Origin: Leptogorgia sarmentosa
Lineage: Eukaryota
Reading direction: 5' to 3'
DNA: 64,000 bases
NCBI GenBank assembly: GCA_964658305.1
Contig: OZ210885.1
Span: 13,950,001-14,014,000 of the forward strand
The notes under the pieces were generated by a model, which worked only from the letters and a program-made list of their open reading frames with translations, was not told where the DNA came from and searched no databases. How positions within the stretch are numbered: the stretch's first letter is position 1; the number at the start of each line of letters is the position of its first letter. Shown piece after piece: positions 9,508-22,400 of this stretch. Made by a program: the position numbers and the translations under genes.

Positions 9508-11996
9508 CAGCCTCGTACCCAGGCTCTTCGCAGGGACGCAAGGGCAGGCGCGCAAGGGGTCTTGGGGAGGTCGCAATTGGGAAGCGAAGAGCCTGGCAGA
9601 AAATGGCGTCAAAGTGGTAAATCGTGACAGAAATGTGGAAAATGGAAGATGTATTGATTTTGAAGGAATTTTCGTGGCTATTTATACTTGGTAATGTTTA
9701 GTTGGGATGCAATGGATGATAAAGAAGACTCTCTGCGGCCAGAAAGTCCCGAAGGTAAATATATTTCGAATTCATGAACTGAGTAAAACGGCATTTTAGA
9801 CAGTAGACAGATCAGGACAACATTCATATATGTTTTGATATCAAGGATCACAACAAGGGGTTTTAATTTGTAACATAATTTAATAATTAGACTGTCACTG
9901 TGTATTGAGTAGATCTTACGAGCTAGTTTCTAAAGCCCTGTTTTTGAAAGACATTTTTGAGTGGATTACTAGTCACTTATATGAATTAAATGCGAATTAT
10001 TGGTTGTGTTAAAAATTTAAATGAGTGAGTCTTTGTTTTATTTCCATACAGATATGGCTGACGAGTTCAATACCGGTATTGACGGTATTTAAACAAAGTA
10101 ATGTATTTGCATGCTAACTATAGACTGTTATTACTTACATACACTAAAAGTAAAATGTATTCAATTTTATTGAAATTTTTTCGTTGTTTTGACAAATTTG
10201 TAGATGATGACAATGAAAGTGCTAGTATAATGGGTAGTAGTAACCCACCGCAATCTCACCATCTACATGCTCAAGGAGAAAAACATGGCTTAACACCAGA
10301 ATCAAAAGCTGCTGTTGAATCCAAACCCAAACGATCTGCAGGTCTGTTATCATTATGTTGTGACTATATGGCGATAGCTGGTCACGGTTGATGAGATGCT
10401 AAATGACTGCCACTAATTGCTTATATTTTCTAGGCATAAAAATTTTTATATAGTATATTGCTTTGCATATGCATACCCGGAAACAAGTATTACTAGCCAA
10501 TATCATTTAGTATTTCATAAAATGTGACCATGGATTGCTGGTAATTATTATGCCTGTAGTCATTGTCTTTGTAGTTTTATTAAATTATTTCTACATAATT
10601 TTCCCAATAATAATTAGTTCAAAATATGTTCTTCTGATACAGGCTATAACCCATCAAGTCGCCAATGTCATGTAAGACGACAACCATTGGAAGATGACTT
10701 GAAAAGGATTGTGGCATACAAACATGGTTCAGATAATTATGTTCAACAATCAGCATTGCTGATTTTGTTAAACTTGGAGGCACATGAAAAGAACTTGCTT
10801 ACAAGAAGTGTTACATCCATCTTTCCAGACAGCATCAAGAAGCCTATAATGGTTGATGGCCAGACAAAGTATCCTTAAAAAATAAACTGTGACCATAGTC
10901 TGGTCTGTTTCCATAAGAAAAGAGCAGCCTACAGTATGTCCGGTTGTTCAAACCTAGGTTAGCTTAACCCTGGGTTAGTGAAAAGTTGAAAAGCAAAATT
11001 CTGGGCGCCTGATTGTTGAGCCGTTGTAGTTTCTTAACATACTGTAACTGTTGTGAATTGGTTGAAGTGTTGTGAAGTGAATTTTAAACAAAAACAACAT
11101 ACTGGTAAAATAGAACAGTGGGTTAACTTTTAACCCTAGGTTAGTGCTAACCCATCTTTGAACAACTCAGCCCTGTTATTTTGTACAAAATGATTGACAG
11201 TTTCAATAGTCTTTTGGAAGAGAAAAATACACATGCTATGGGAATTGAACTCTTATATCCAGGATGACAAACCAGTTATGCAACCATGGTACACTAACTT
11301 GTTGCTGTCAAGTTTGTCTACATAAAAAATGTTTACATATTGTTATAAATCTAAATACAAACTCAAAGTTTATCATTAACAAAAAGTTTACTTAAAGTGA
11401 CACAATATGGTGATCTATGGCCATGGGTCAATATACCGTACTGTATGTAATTCTACATCACATATTCGATGTCGATATGTTTTGCTTTAATAACCTCACC
11501 ATGGTATAAATATTATTAGCCATGAAATGATGAATCGTGATTCATAAAATTGAATTTTGTGCCTTATCTATTGATAACAATCATAGAAACTCTACCTTAT
11601 TTCTACGGTACTCGAATAGCTTTTCAAAACACTCCACCGTTTCTTGCGCATGAAGTTCTCTCGTCATTCGTGCACACTCTTTTCTATAATCCATGGTGAG
11701 ACGTTCCTTATGTTTGACACGAAAATGATGTTCAATTCCTGTTTCTTCGAAGAATGCCTTCTGGTCAATGCACTCGCGTTTAAAACAAACGATCCTTCCA
11801 ACGGAGCGTTTTTGTGGATAGGTCTTTCGATCTCACGTAACGCTTCATTGATTTCGTAAACATCTTGAACATTTGCATATGTGTGGTCGGCCATTTTGAA
11901 TTCACTTTCTGCCAGGCTCTTCGCACCTTGCGATCTCCCCAAGACCCCTTGCACGCCCGCCCTTGCGTCCCTGCGAAGAGCCTGGGTACGAGGCTG
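9508..11996. mobile_element. Non-autonomous TIR DNA transposon with 9-bp TSD (AcademH- or MuDR-like; superfamily uncertain)
   Basis: Long imperfect TIRs starting CAGCCTCGTACCCAGGCTCTTCGCAGGGACGCAAGGGC; TSD CTTATGTTA at 9499-9507 and 11997-12005; empty site with a single CTTATGTTA at 38158-38166; no transposase ORF. Confidence 0.88.
10936..11173. mobile_element. Nested MITE
   Basis: Terminal inverted motifs GTTGTTCAAA / TTTGAACAAC and internal palindromes TAACCCTGGGTTA and TAACCCTAGGTTA. Confidence 0.55.
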
Positions 11997-12339
11997 CTTA
12001 TGTTAAACAACCATTTCCAATTCAAATGCACTCGTCATTTCTCCAACCGAAGCGCAACCGGACGCGCTTCGTTCAACTCAATGCATGTCGGTCATTTGCC
12101 ATTCGCGAATCGGTCGCGGAGCCAGCGAATGGGAAAAAGCGCCACGTGCGCCCGCCAAAAAATCGCCAGAAATTCGTGGAGAACACACATGCGTCACGAG
12201 CAGTTTCGCGCGTGCAGCCGAATTAATTAGCAGCGCACAAACGATTGATTGTACGCGTCATCATCACCGCGTGCCACAACGTTTGCGGCTCGTTTCGCTT
12301 GCGATTTCGCGGCGGCCGCGGCTTCTCATGGCGGCGCGA

Positions 12340-12405
12340 AGGAAGACCGCATTTTTTCACCATGCTTTTCTCGCTTAAAAGATGGCGTGGAACGGCGAAG
12401 AAGGC
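12340..12405 (+). promoter_or_regulatory. Putative U2 snRNA proximal promoter
   Basis: GACCGCATTTTTTCACCWTGCTTTTCTYGCTTAAAAGATGGCGTGRAACGGCGAAGAAGGC conserved before all three U2 starts. Confidence 0.5.
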
Positions 12406-12432
12406 ATCGCTTCTCGGCCTTTTGGCTAAGAT
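12406..12432 (+). ncRNA. U2: U2 snRNA 5' fragment (nt 1-27)
   Basis: ATCGCTTCTCGGCCTTTTGGCTAAGAT, the canonical metazoan U2 5' end. Confidence 0.95.
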
Positions 12433-12770
12433 ATTCTGGCTGTTGGTGAAGAAGATCAAGCTAAAAGAAGAAGAAGAAGACAGAAGAAGAAGACAAGAAG
12501 AACGAAGATCAAGCCTGGTGAAGAAGATCGCTCCCTGCTGGTCTTGGTGTCCAGTCGTGTCCAGTCGTGGGTTTCTTGTAGTTGTGCCTGTTTGAGGAGC
12601 CCTCTAAGGGGTAACTCTAAGGCGGCGGACTTGTTTCCACCTTGCGTTGTTTCATCTGGACAGGTGGAAGTGCTTGACTGAAGCCTGTCACTCTCTGTTT
12701 CCTTTCTCTGTATCTGTCCACGGGGGTTGGAAACCCTCCGTTATTTTTCTCCACATTTTATTTTTGATTG

Positions 12771-13048
12771 AGAGGCATTTTGTCCTCTGTTAGAAATTAA
12801 TTTTTTGGTTTTTGTCCTCATTTAGAAATTAATTTTTGTTTTTGTTTTGAGGCTGTTGGTCCTCGTTTAGGGTTTTTTTCTTCGAGGCATCTAGTCCTCG
12901 ATTAGGTATAGTATTTTTTGTTTCGAGGCTGTTGGTCCTCGTTTTGGATTTATTATTACTAGGTTTTTCTAATTACGTTCTCTCGAAGCTTTAGGTCTTC
13001 GTGGAACAATTTAGGCCATTCATTTTGTTGCGAGGCTGTTAGTCCTCG
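12771..13048 (+). repeat. Array of ~6 short hairpins (CGAGG-N8-CCTCG) in family A 5' UTR
   Basis: Copies at ~12771, 12849, 12883, 12924, 12984 (compensatory CGAAG/CTTCG), 13031, separated by T-rich spacers. Confidence 0.75.
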
Positions 13049-13240
13049 TTTCAAAATACTTGGTTAATTTTTTTTCTTCTTTCGAGTGTTAAATTAAGTT
13101 CCCTACATTACTAGTTACTCTAGGTGAGACAATGGTTCTCATCTTTTTCTTTCCATCTGTAGTGGCTTAACTAGTTAAGACACATTACAGCTTTTTCTTC
13201 CTTTCTAAAAAGAGTTTAAAAGTTTATAAAAAGTATTAAA

Positions 13241-14626
13241 ATGCGAATACCATTCGCCAATCGTACGGCAGATGTAGATCTGCCCTTAGGAGAAGGCCAG
13301 GCCAAAGTCAACATCAAGGCCATAGTTGATTCTTTCCGGGACCAAGTCCCAAGTAATTTTGAGGCTTTGTTTGAAGCCTTCGTGCTACTATCACCTAGGA
13401 AGGTGAGAGTAACATGCCAAACCGAACGAGCCCTAGAAGAAGTATCCCATTTAGGTCTCTCTTTCCACAACACCCCGGTCAAGTTTAATCCATGCCGATC
13501 TGCCAAGTGGGTGACCATCACCCGACTTAGCTATGGAATACCGAATGAAGCCATTGAAGAGGCCCTTAAGCCATATGGTAAAATAATTAATATAAAGGCA
13601 GACACATACAAAGGTGTGCATATAGGTATCAGGCATGCATTAATTGAGATTAAAATGCCAATTCCGTCATCCATTCGGGTGGCAGATCATTGGTGCAACA
13701 TCTTCTACCCGGGGCAAATTCCCACTTGCTTTAGGTGTAATAAAACGGGTCATACGAGGGCGCAATGCCCACAGGTCACTCGAGGTCAGACAACCACCTC
13801 TACTGAAAATGCTGGAAAGGCAAGTGAACAGCAACCTGAACGAAGAGAGGCTGTACCTCCTCCTCGTCCAATTCCGACTTCATTCGCTGAAGCAGTTCAG
13901 CAAGGGCTACAGGGCCCTAATACTGATGAAAGTATCACCCCAACTGCAGGTACTGTGACGGCTTCTGATGTGACAGGTACGGCTACAGAGGTTAGAGAGC
14001 AACCGATTAATGAGCCAGTTGAAGGTGAGATTACAGTAATAGAGCAGCAGTTAGTAAAGGCTGCCACCTTGGCAAATAAACAAGACAAGCCTGCAGAGAG
14101 AGAGGATAATGTTGATGGAAAGGCACCATCAAAAGCGTCCACCTCTTCTAACAAAAGACCCCGGTGTGAAGTGAGTAGCACCGACAGTTCTGACAGTTCG
14201 GACAGCTCAGAAGAGCAGGAAGACAGGGGGGAAGTGGCAGGCAGTGTTAAGTCCACCAGGCTCGACCCTTCCCAAGACCTATTTAAAACTCCCGCTGAAT
14301 TACTCCCTTTACCCCCAGACAATGAAAATGAAGAGTCAAGCAAGCTTGACACCAATGACGACCACATGCAAACGACCTTAGAAACCCCCCAGGATCCCGA
14401 CAATGATGGAAAACATATGCAAACGTCCCAGGCTACTGATTCTATGGAATTCCCTTTGACCCATCGCACTCAGGTGAAGTTGTCTTCCGTAAAACAAGTC
14501 TCTCCGACTTCTTCCGCTGATTTCGATTTGTTCTCCTCTAAAAAGACACGGCCGCGACCAGTATTTGGCTCTGGCCGCACAACTCGTTCTCGTAAACTTT
14601 TGTTGAGGAGGGATTCCGTTGCTTGA
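13241..14626 (+). CDS. Family A ORF1, Tx1-type nucleic-acid-binding protein with CCHC knuckle
   Basis: 461 aa; ITRLSYGIP, YPGQIPTCFRCNKTGHTRAQC, low-complexity C-terminus. Confidence 0.88.
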   Translation: MRIPFANRTADVDLPLGEGQAKVNIKAIVDSFRDQVPSNFEALFEAFVLLSPRKVRVTCQTERALEEVSHLGLSFHNTPVKFNPCRSAKWVTITRLSYGIPNEAIEEALKPYGKIINIKADTYKGVHIGIRHALIEIKMPIPSSIRVADHWCNIFYPGQIPTCFRCNKTGHTRAQCPQVTRGQTTTSTENAGKASEQQPERREAVPPPRPIPTSFAEAVQQGLQGPNTDESITPTAGTVTASDVTGTATEVREQPINEPVEGEITVIEQQLVKAATLANKQDKPAEREDNVDGKAPSKASTSSNKRPRCEVSSTDSSDSSDSSEEQEDRGEVAGSVKSTRLDPSQDLFKTPAELLPLPPDNENEESSKLDTNDDHMQTTLETPQDPDNDGKHMQTSQATDSMEFPLTHRTQVKLSSVKQVSPTSSADFDLFSSKKTRPRPVFGSGRTTRSRKLLLRRDSVA

Positions 14627-14633
14627 GTTTTCA

Positions 14634-17600
14634 ATGGAAAGCGTTGAAATAATAATTTCTTTAAATTGTCAGGGTTTACGTTCCGTAGACAATCGGGACA
14701 CGTTATTTTCTTGGTTAAATTGCTGGAAAGCAGATTTTTTGTGCCTCCAAGAGACGCATGCAGTTTCGGAGGAAGAGATGTCATCATGGCTAAAATCCGC
14801 AAAGGATATGGTATTCTCCGCCAGAAGTATAATTGTATTTCGTCTCCTGGTTCTAATAGAAGTTGTGGGGTGGCAATTCTTTATAGAACAAAATTTGAAC
14901 TGTCGTCGTGTAGTAGAGACACACAGGGGAGGATGGTTTCTGCCCAGTTTGCAAGTGGGACCCTTGACTTCCAACTGTGCAATGTTTATGGCCCGAATAA
15001 AGCCAAGGAGGGGGGGGGGTTGAATCTCTGTATGCCATTTTACAGCCTGAGCTTCCCATGGTGGTATGTGGAGATTACAACACTGTTGTAGATCCCATTA
15101 AAGACCATAGAGGTTGTAATCCCTTTTCAGTTTGGGCATACAACTGGTCCAACACATTATCGCAGCTAATGTCCACATATGATTTACAGGACGCTTGGCG
15201 TGCCAAACATCCAGACGCAATGGAATTTACATGGCAACGTCCCAACAATAGTCAAGCGAGACGACTAGATATGTTTTGGGTGTCCACCTTTTTTCTCCAA
15301 TTGATAGTTTCAGTTGGCATTTGCTGGGCCGAGCTGGAGGAGATGCATCGTCAGCGGGCACGCGGAGCACGAATAAGATCAAAGGTACAATAGGCGGAAG
15401 AAGGTGAAGTTTCCTCTGCCTACTTTTTCCGTCTGGAGCAGAAACGAGGGGAGCAACGCCTGTTCACGGCAATTAAAGATCTGTCCGGAAAGATTGTTTA
15501 TTCCGCAATGGCCATTGCAGGTGCATGGGTCTCCTTTTATGCCAAGTTGTATACATCGTTAAGGCTCGATGAGAGAGAACAGGATTTCTTCCTAGACCAG
15601 ATAGTGCTGAAGTTATCTCTAGCACAGGCGCAATCGTGTGAAGGAGAGCTTACATCAGCAGAGTGCAAAGCTGCTCTAGACGGGATGGCATCATCCAAAT
15701 CTCCGGGGATAGATGGATTTCCAGCAGAATTTTTCCAGCGCTTTTGGCCTGTGATAGGAAATGACTATGTGCAAGTTATGAATCACTGTTACAGGGTGGG
15801 TAGGTTATCAGCATCGCAGAGGCAGGGATTAATCACATTACTATATAAACGGGGGGATAGGCTGGAAATGAAGAACTGGCGCCCAATAACACTTCTTTGT
15901 GTTGATTATAAGATAGCAGCTAAAGCAATAGCCAACCGTCTTCTACAGGTATTGGGTCATCTCATTCACTCTGACCAAACCTGTGGCATTCCTGGAGGTA
16001 ATCCTGTCGTCAATAATCGTTTGTTGCGTGATATTGTACAAGATGTCAATCGTAGGGGATTGGGTGGAGCCATTTTGTCACTAGACCAAGAAAAAGCTTT
16101 TGATCGTGTCGAGTGGCAATATCTGCAGCGAGTGTTGGAAAATATGAATTTTCAAGACTCTTTTAGGCGTTGGATCAAACTTTTTTACACCGACATCTTC
16201 TCCTGTGTCCTAGTTAATGGCACACCATCTGCTTGGTTTTCTGTCAGCCGTGGAGTACGCCAGGGATGTCCATTGTCACCCCTGCTGTATGTATTAATGG
16301 CTGAGACGCTTGCATGTGCGATTCGAGCACACCCTTTGATAGACGGCATTCCACTGCCCCGTACACGTCGGGCAAAAATTTGTCAGTACGCAGACGACAC
16401 CTCACTAATTGTAATGTCGGATACAGCTCTAAAAGCTGTCTTTTCAGTTTTTGGGCGATACGAAAAGGCATCCGGAGCAAAATTGAATGTGACAAAGTCA
16501 CATGGGTTGCTTATAGGCACATGGGTCAGACGTACCGACTTACCTGTACACCTAGATTGGTCGTCTGCCAACATAAAAATTATGGGTTCCACACTTTCCA
16601 ACCAGTCGGAAGAGGAGGATTGGGATTCCAAAGTGGGGGAGCTCACCAAAGTGATTGCCTCTTGGCAGTCTAGGCAGCTTTCCTTCCACGGGCGTGCCCT
16701 TGTAGCCAACATGCTCGGGTATAGTAGATTTTGGTACCTCCTGTCTTTCCTGGCTTTGCCTGGACAGGTGGCGACTGCTATGGAAAAGGTAGTGTTCCCC
16801 TTTGTCTGGGGGAAGCGCTGAGAATGGCTGGCTCGGACCTCAGCAACGCAACGCTTTGGACAAGGGGGTCTAGGGTTAGTTGACATACAAAGGAAGGTCG
16901 CCTCACTGCATGCAGTTTGGGTACGTAGGTTGGTTGAAAACCCCGATGCTCCAGGGATGTTCTTTTTTAGATACCATCTCCGTATAGCGTTCAGCGGGCG
17001 AAGTATAGAAGACATACTTATGCTGCCGTCGCCTCCTCCATACGCAATAGATCTTCTTCTTCCTTTTTACAAATCAATAATGAAGGCCTGGTTCCGACTC
17101 CATCGCGAAAGGGCAGATGGGGTTATTGTAATAAAAGGAATTGGTACACAAGTCAGTCCTTTGACTGAATTGTCTGCCAAATTTGTTTACCGGGTTCTCT
17201 CTAAACTTGACCAAGAAGAGCACAAGTGTGTGCAGAGGTACCGGTCTTGGGGCCTAGACATTGAATGGCGTATGGTGTGGATGAACCTCCATCTTTGGCG
17301 GTTCATCATACCAGTGCGTGACACGGTTTGGTTGATAGCCAATGGCATCTTGCCGACTGCAGACCGCTTGATGCGATTTAGAATGTCAGTGGATCCTGAG
17401 TGCCACTGCGGGCAAGCAGAATCCCTCATTCATCTTTTTGTAGAATGTTCCGTGGCACGGCAGCTTCTTAGCGGTACTCCTCGCTGGTACATCGTGCGAG
17501 GCTTCATGTCACTGCCCCCACTCCAGCGCAGATTTTAACCGGGTACAAACAGGCAGAGAAACTTCCACCAGTTTTTCCTTGCCTCTTGGGTATCATCAAA

Positions 17601-17845
17601 CATAGAATATGGGTATCATCAAACATAGAATATGGGTAGAACGCAACGGATGGCGATTCAATCAGATCCCAGTAGAACATGCGGATCTACTTTCTTCCAC
17701 CAAATCCACGTTGCATTTTACGCTACGTATGCAGCGCAGACTTTGTCCCAGGGACCGGTATTTGGAATTATGGTTAGCAGGAGGGTTGTTTGGTGTTGTT
17801 TCTCCCGAAAATGATGATGTTATATTCACAGATGAGCTGTGGTAG
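14634..17845 (+). pseudogene. Family A ORF2 (APE + RT + CCHC), disrupted
   Basis: MESVEIIISLNCQGLR, LQETH, GDYN, QYADD; frameshifts, stops at ~15391 and ~16819, internal deletion near 15318, tandem duplication 17588-17637. Confidence 0.87.
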
Positions 17846-18340
17846 TGGTCATAACATTTTTATTTGCATGTAATGTGTCACCATGACGATTGGGCGGTCG
17901 CCTTTGCTGGTGGTACTGCTTGTATTGGATTGGTGTGTATGGTTTTGTCTCCCATGAAGTTCTGGTGGTCGCCTTTACTGGTTGTACTGCCTGTAACGGA
18001 TTGGGCTGTCTGTATGTTCAATTTTTGTCCTGTGGTTTACTCGGATTTCGTTCGGGTAGGCTGCACAGGTTTTCAATGTTTTAGATCTTGGGGTCGCTGC
18101 TCATGTTGCATCCGTCTAGCTCAACATCATACTCCGACCATTTCACCATCATAGGTTAGGGATCCCTGGGCGTGAAGGTGGGTAGCACCGGATCGTCCAG
18201 GCCATTCACGGTTGTTTCATGGCACGGGGGAGGGGTTCATGACCTCTGTCGAACCGCGTCACCTGTAGCGACCCCCCTGAAAGGGTTCAGGCTCCATTGC
18301 ACCGTCGGAGTCGAGAAGCCCGTCGTCGTACAATTCAAAA

Positions 18341-18507
18341 TAAGATCAAGTGTAGTATCTGTTCTTATCAGCTTAATATCTGATATGTTAGGCAATGTCC
18401 TAACTCATATATTAAACTGATTTTTGGACCTCGGCCATGGGATTGAAGCTTGCTTCGCCCTGGCCACGGGTTGTCTCGGTATTGCACTACCTCCGAGTAC
18501 GGCCCAC
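18341..18507 (+). ncRNA. U2: U2 snRNA 3' portion (nt 22 to ~188)
   Basis: Essentially identical to 2688-2854. Confidence 0.95.
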
Positions 18508-18961
18508 TTCCCCCAATTTCATTATTGGGGGAAGATTTCTCACTCACTATCAGTTCAAAATCAGTCTAACAAATTATTCTTGACTTTACAGATAGATCCT
18601 TGCCGCGAACCGGCATTTGGCAAGAGATACGTATACAATGACATATTCAGTGCGGATGACCGACGACGAAGGAATTATGGTAAGCAGCCTAACACATTCA
18701 TGTTATAATAGTCTTGGGTAGCTGCTCGTTGGCCAACAAAGCTTAAGCAGCATCGCTGTTCATGAGATTTACATTCTTTGGTTTTTTTGTAAACTCGTAT
18801 TGAATATGCGGGTCGAGAATTGTCGGAACGTGCAAACATGGTGCAGTCCGAGAGATTGATCGATCCATCTATCGACAGACAAACTCATCCCCATGCATTC
18901 GTTCCACAAGCATTCCTCGAGGTTGAAGCGTATCAAAGGTAATCGTATGCGCCATGAAGTC

Positions 18962-18978
18962 ATACTTACCTGACGCGA
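18962..18978 (+). ncRNA. U1: U1 snRNA 5' fragment (nt 1-17)
   Basis: ATACTTACCTGACGCGA after the conserved U1 upstream region. Confidence 0.9.
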
Positions 18979-21900
18979 CCGTCTTTGTCGTGTCAGGTTC
19001 TTCATACTTGCAGTAGAGGATCTATGCTCAGGAACACGGACCTGTAACTCTGCTCGCAAGGTTTACAACTAGCTGCAGTTCTTTTTGCAGACACGCCTTC
19101 TTCTTTGTTCTGTCTTCCCGCTGTCTGGCCGGCCTACTAGGTGTCAAGGTAGCAGTTAGTCCATTTTTTTTTTCTTTTGGACAGCTTTTCTTGTTCTTCG
19201 GAACTCGATTGGTAGTCTTTCCTGCTGTTTGTTGCGCGGTTAGTACGCGACACAGCATAGGGCCGCCCATTAGTGTTTTTTATTGTTTTTATTAGGTAGT
19301 GGGTAATAGCTCTTGTGTGTGACCTGTCGAGCAGTCTGTTTGGGGACAACTCAAAGGTCGGTGGTCTTTTTAGGTTCTTTTTTGCATTTGGTGTTGCGGA
19401 TTGAGGTCGGTGGACCAACATATCCGTTCCCCGGCTCTTTTTCTTTTTGAAGGACCTTTCCACTTAGTTTTTTTTTGTGGATTGTGCGCCTCCCCAGATG
19501 CCGGATCAATACCTCTACGACGCCTTGGCACCATACGGCCGTGTTATTTCGGTGAAGCATTTAACCATCAAGGGCTTCCCGACCGTTAAATCTGGCACAC
19601 GTATGGTGCAAATAGTCATTTCAAAGGCTATTCCAGCTGAAATTCGCATAGTTGGATTTCAGCTGTCGTTTCGTTACCGCGGGCAGCCTCCTAATTGCTT
19701 TGCGTGCCAAGAGGTGGAGCACACTGTAAAGGAGTGCCCAAAGTCATCGAAACAGAGGAATCAGGGCCGTCAAACTAGAAATAAAAATAGTACTGGTAAA
19801 TCTACGCCTACAGAGGCTGAGGATAGTAATAACTCGCCGGGTTTGTCCGGCCTTTTTAAATCGTCCTCTGCCTCTCGCACTGGAGACCTTCGCGAGAAGA
19901 TAACGCCAAAGGCTAGTAAGTCGGCAGTGCCCCAACCTACCAGTACAACTAAGCCGGCAAAAGGTTCGCTCAAGGACAAGTCATCCTCTTCTTCTTCTTC
20001 TTCTTGCACGGGTGACCTTCGGGAGAAGTTAACGAAGAAGAAGACTAGCGAGCCAGCACTGCCATCTGTTCCGGCTGTAGCGGCTAAGGAGAATGCTCCT
20101 CAGGCTAAGGGGGTTAATCCCCTATTAGTTTCGGCTAAGGAGAGCACCTTCCTGCCGGCTTCGTCTGGCCCTGCTACATCGACCTCTTCTTCTCGCCCTA
20201 GAGACCTTAGGGAGAAGCTGAGGAAGAAGGCTCCTAAGCCCACAGGTCAGTCTGAGCAGACTACTTTGACGCCTCCGACAGCTGAACATCTGAAGAGCAA
20301 ATCCTTTGATTTTGCACTGTTGCTTTCTCAGTGTCGCCTTGGCAAGTCACCCAGGCATGATCCTTTTTCTTCTTCCTCCTCCAGAAGTGAGGATGAAGCT
20401 GGTAAAGTTGGCAAGAGAGTATGCACGTCTGCTCCTGCGCCTCCGAGTCCATCCAACGTTAGCGTGTGGCCAGGGTTCCCGAGCCCTCCGACTAAAACTG
20501 CCACTCCTGAGGCCATGGAGGCGGAGGCTGACGTGGACAAGTGCTTGAGTGGTGAACGGTAGTGGACCCTATCGTCGCTCACGAATCTGCACCTGCTCTT
20601 GCCTCTACTTAGCCAGCCGGATCCCTGGAGCGTATGGATGATGCTCCTGTGCCTCCTCAGGCGGATGTGGACGATGATCATGCTGCTTCGCAGGATCCTC
20701 CTGCAGTGGATGTCTCGCCCCAACAGTCTGAGTCATCCCTCGATCTTTTCCAGGCACTAGCAGCCATCCATGAAGACTCACTGACTCGTCTTCGTGACGA
20801 TGTCAGTGAGGTTGGTGCATCTTCAACATGCACGACTTTTAGTGATCAGCTTCATGCTGATCAACTCGAGGAGGTCCTTCTTGGTGAGACGCCCACTTCT
20901 GGGACATCAGATTCCGATAGCGAGTCTGATGTCCATTAACATCAACGGTCTTAACGACTGTGTTAAACGAACCGCCCTGGTGGATTGTTTAAAGTGTATG
21001 AAGGTGGATGTAGCATGTTTGCAAGAAACGCATGCTCCTTCGCACGAATCCATTAGGAAGTGGTTCGCTAACTCTGGCTTTCGAGTTGTCTCGTCGTCAG
21101 TGTCAAATAAGCGTTGTGGGACGGCTATTCTTATTAAAGATTGCCACAAGGTCAAACAGGTGATCCGAGACGATGATGGACGGTTTGTCCAAGTCTTGGT
21201 TGATTTTGGGGAAGATCAGCTAAGTTTCGTCTCATTATATGCCCCAAATAAGAATCCGGCTTGTAACGCTTTTTTCGCTTCAATTCCTGGTTTAATTGAT
21301 CTTACCAGGCCCACATTTGTTTGTGGTGATTTTAATTCTGTTCTAGATGATGATCGGCATAGGCTTCGGCGTGCTTCTTACACTGGTGCTGCCTCTTCGC
21401 GCGCCCAGGAAAGTGGCCCGGCTTTGCAGGCCCTACTATCTCATACCCAGACATATCCGGTGTGGCGTACATTACATCGCACGCAGACGGCTTATTCCTG
21501 GACCCATGGGTCTGGAACAGTCTATTAGGGAATGTGAATATCATCCCTCCTTTTTATCCGATCATCAGTACTTGCTGGTCAAGTTCGATTTTGGTGATCG
21601 CATCATTAGTGGTCCTGGAGTGTGGAAGTTTAATACTTCCCTCCTGGACGACGAAACCTATTGCTCGCTTGTCACTTCTTTTTGGTCCTTCTGGCAGGTC
21701 CATTATACACCTGAGGCCTTTCCCTCCATTTTGGATTGGTGGGACCAAGGGAAGTTCTACCTTAGAGAAGTGACATGCACTTTTAGTCGGTCAAAGGAGC
21801 TGGACCGGCGTGAACATAAATCGTTCCTGACCAAGCAAATGCACAGATTGCAACGTCTTTTTGAAGCAGGGGATACCTCTGCATTCGCTAAGCTTTGCGA

Positions 21901-22400
21901 GGTACAGGAAGAGTTCTGAGGCATTGCTTTGCATAAAGCTAGAGGGGCACAAGTTCGTGCTCGTTGTCAGTGGGCTGAGGAGGGGGAAACTTCCTCCTCC
22001 TTTTTTCTCAATTTAGCCACTAAGCGACATGCAAAGCAGGAGATGCACTCCATTCGAGACCCCGACACCGGAAAGACTCCGGGTTTCGATGGCTTTCCCA
22101 TGGAGTTTTACTCTGGCGGCCGATTAGTCTGCTCAATGCAGACTATAAAATAGCTACTCGCGCTATTTCGGGTCGTCTCCTAGCCGTCATCGGGTCTGTT
22201 GTAGGGCCAGATCAGACATGCGGTGTTCCAGGCCGTACTATCTGGGAGAACCTCTTTCTGATCCGTGATCTAATTGAGTATGCGGAGCATGAGGACATTC
22301 CCCTTGCTCTGCTCTCTTTGGATCAAGAAAAAGCATTTGATCGGGTCGATTGGGGTTTTCTGTTACGGACTCTGGACACCATGAATTTTGGTCCGGATTT
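18979..22400 (+). mobile_element. Family B copy 2, internally deleted and 3' truncated
   Basis: Same 5' end as copy 1; ORF1 and ORF2 fragments; ends at GGTCCGGATTT where an L2/CR1-type LINE begins. Confidence 0.85.

Larger units (their letters stand above)
12433..18340 (+). mobile_element. Tx1-clade family A (subfamily A2), both ends present, U2-inserted
   Basis: TSD TAAGAT at 12427-12432 and 18341-18346; ORF1 intact, ORF2 disrupted. Confidence 0.92.

Noticed and set aside
10101..10878. Host gene exons inside the TIR element
   Set aside because: Short ORFs without a recognisable domain; a gene call cannot be supported
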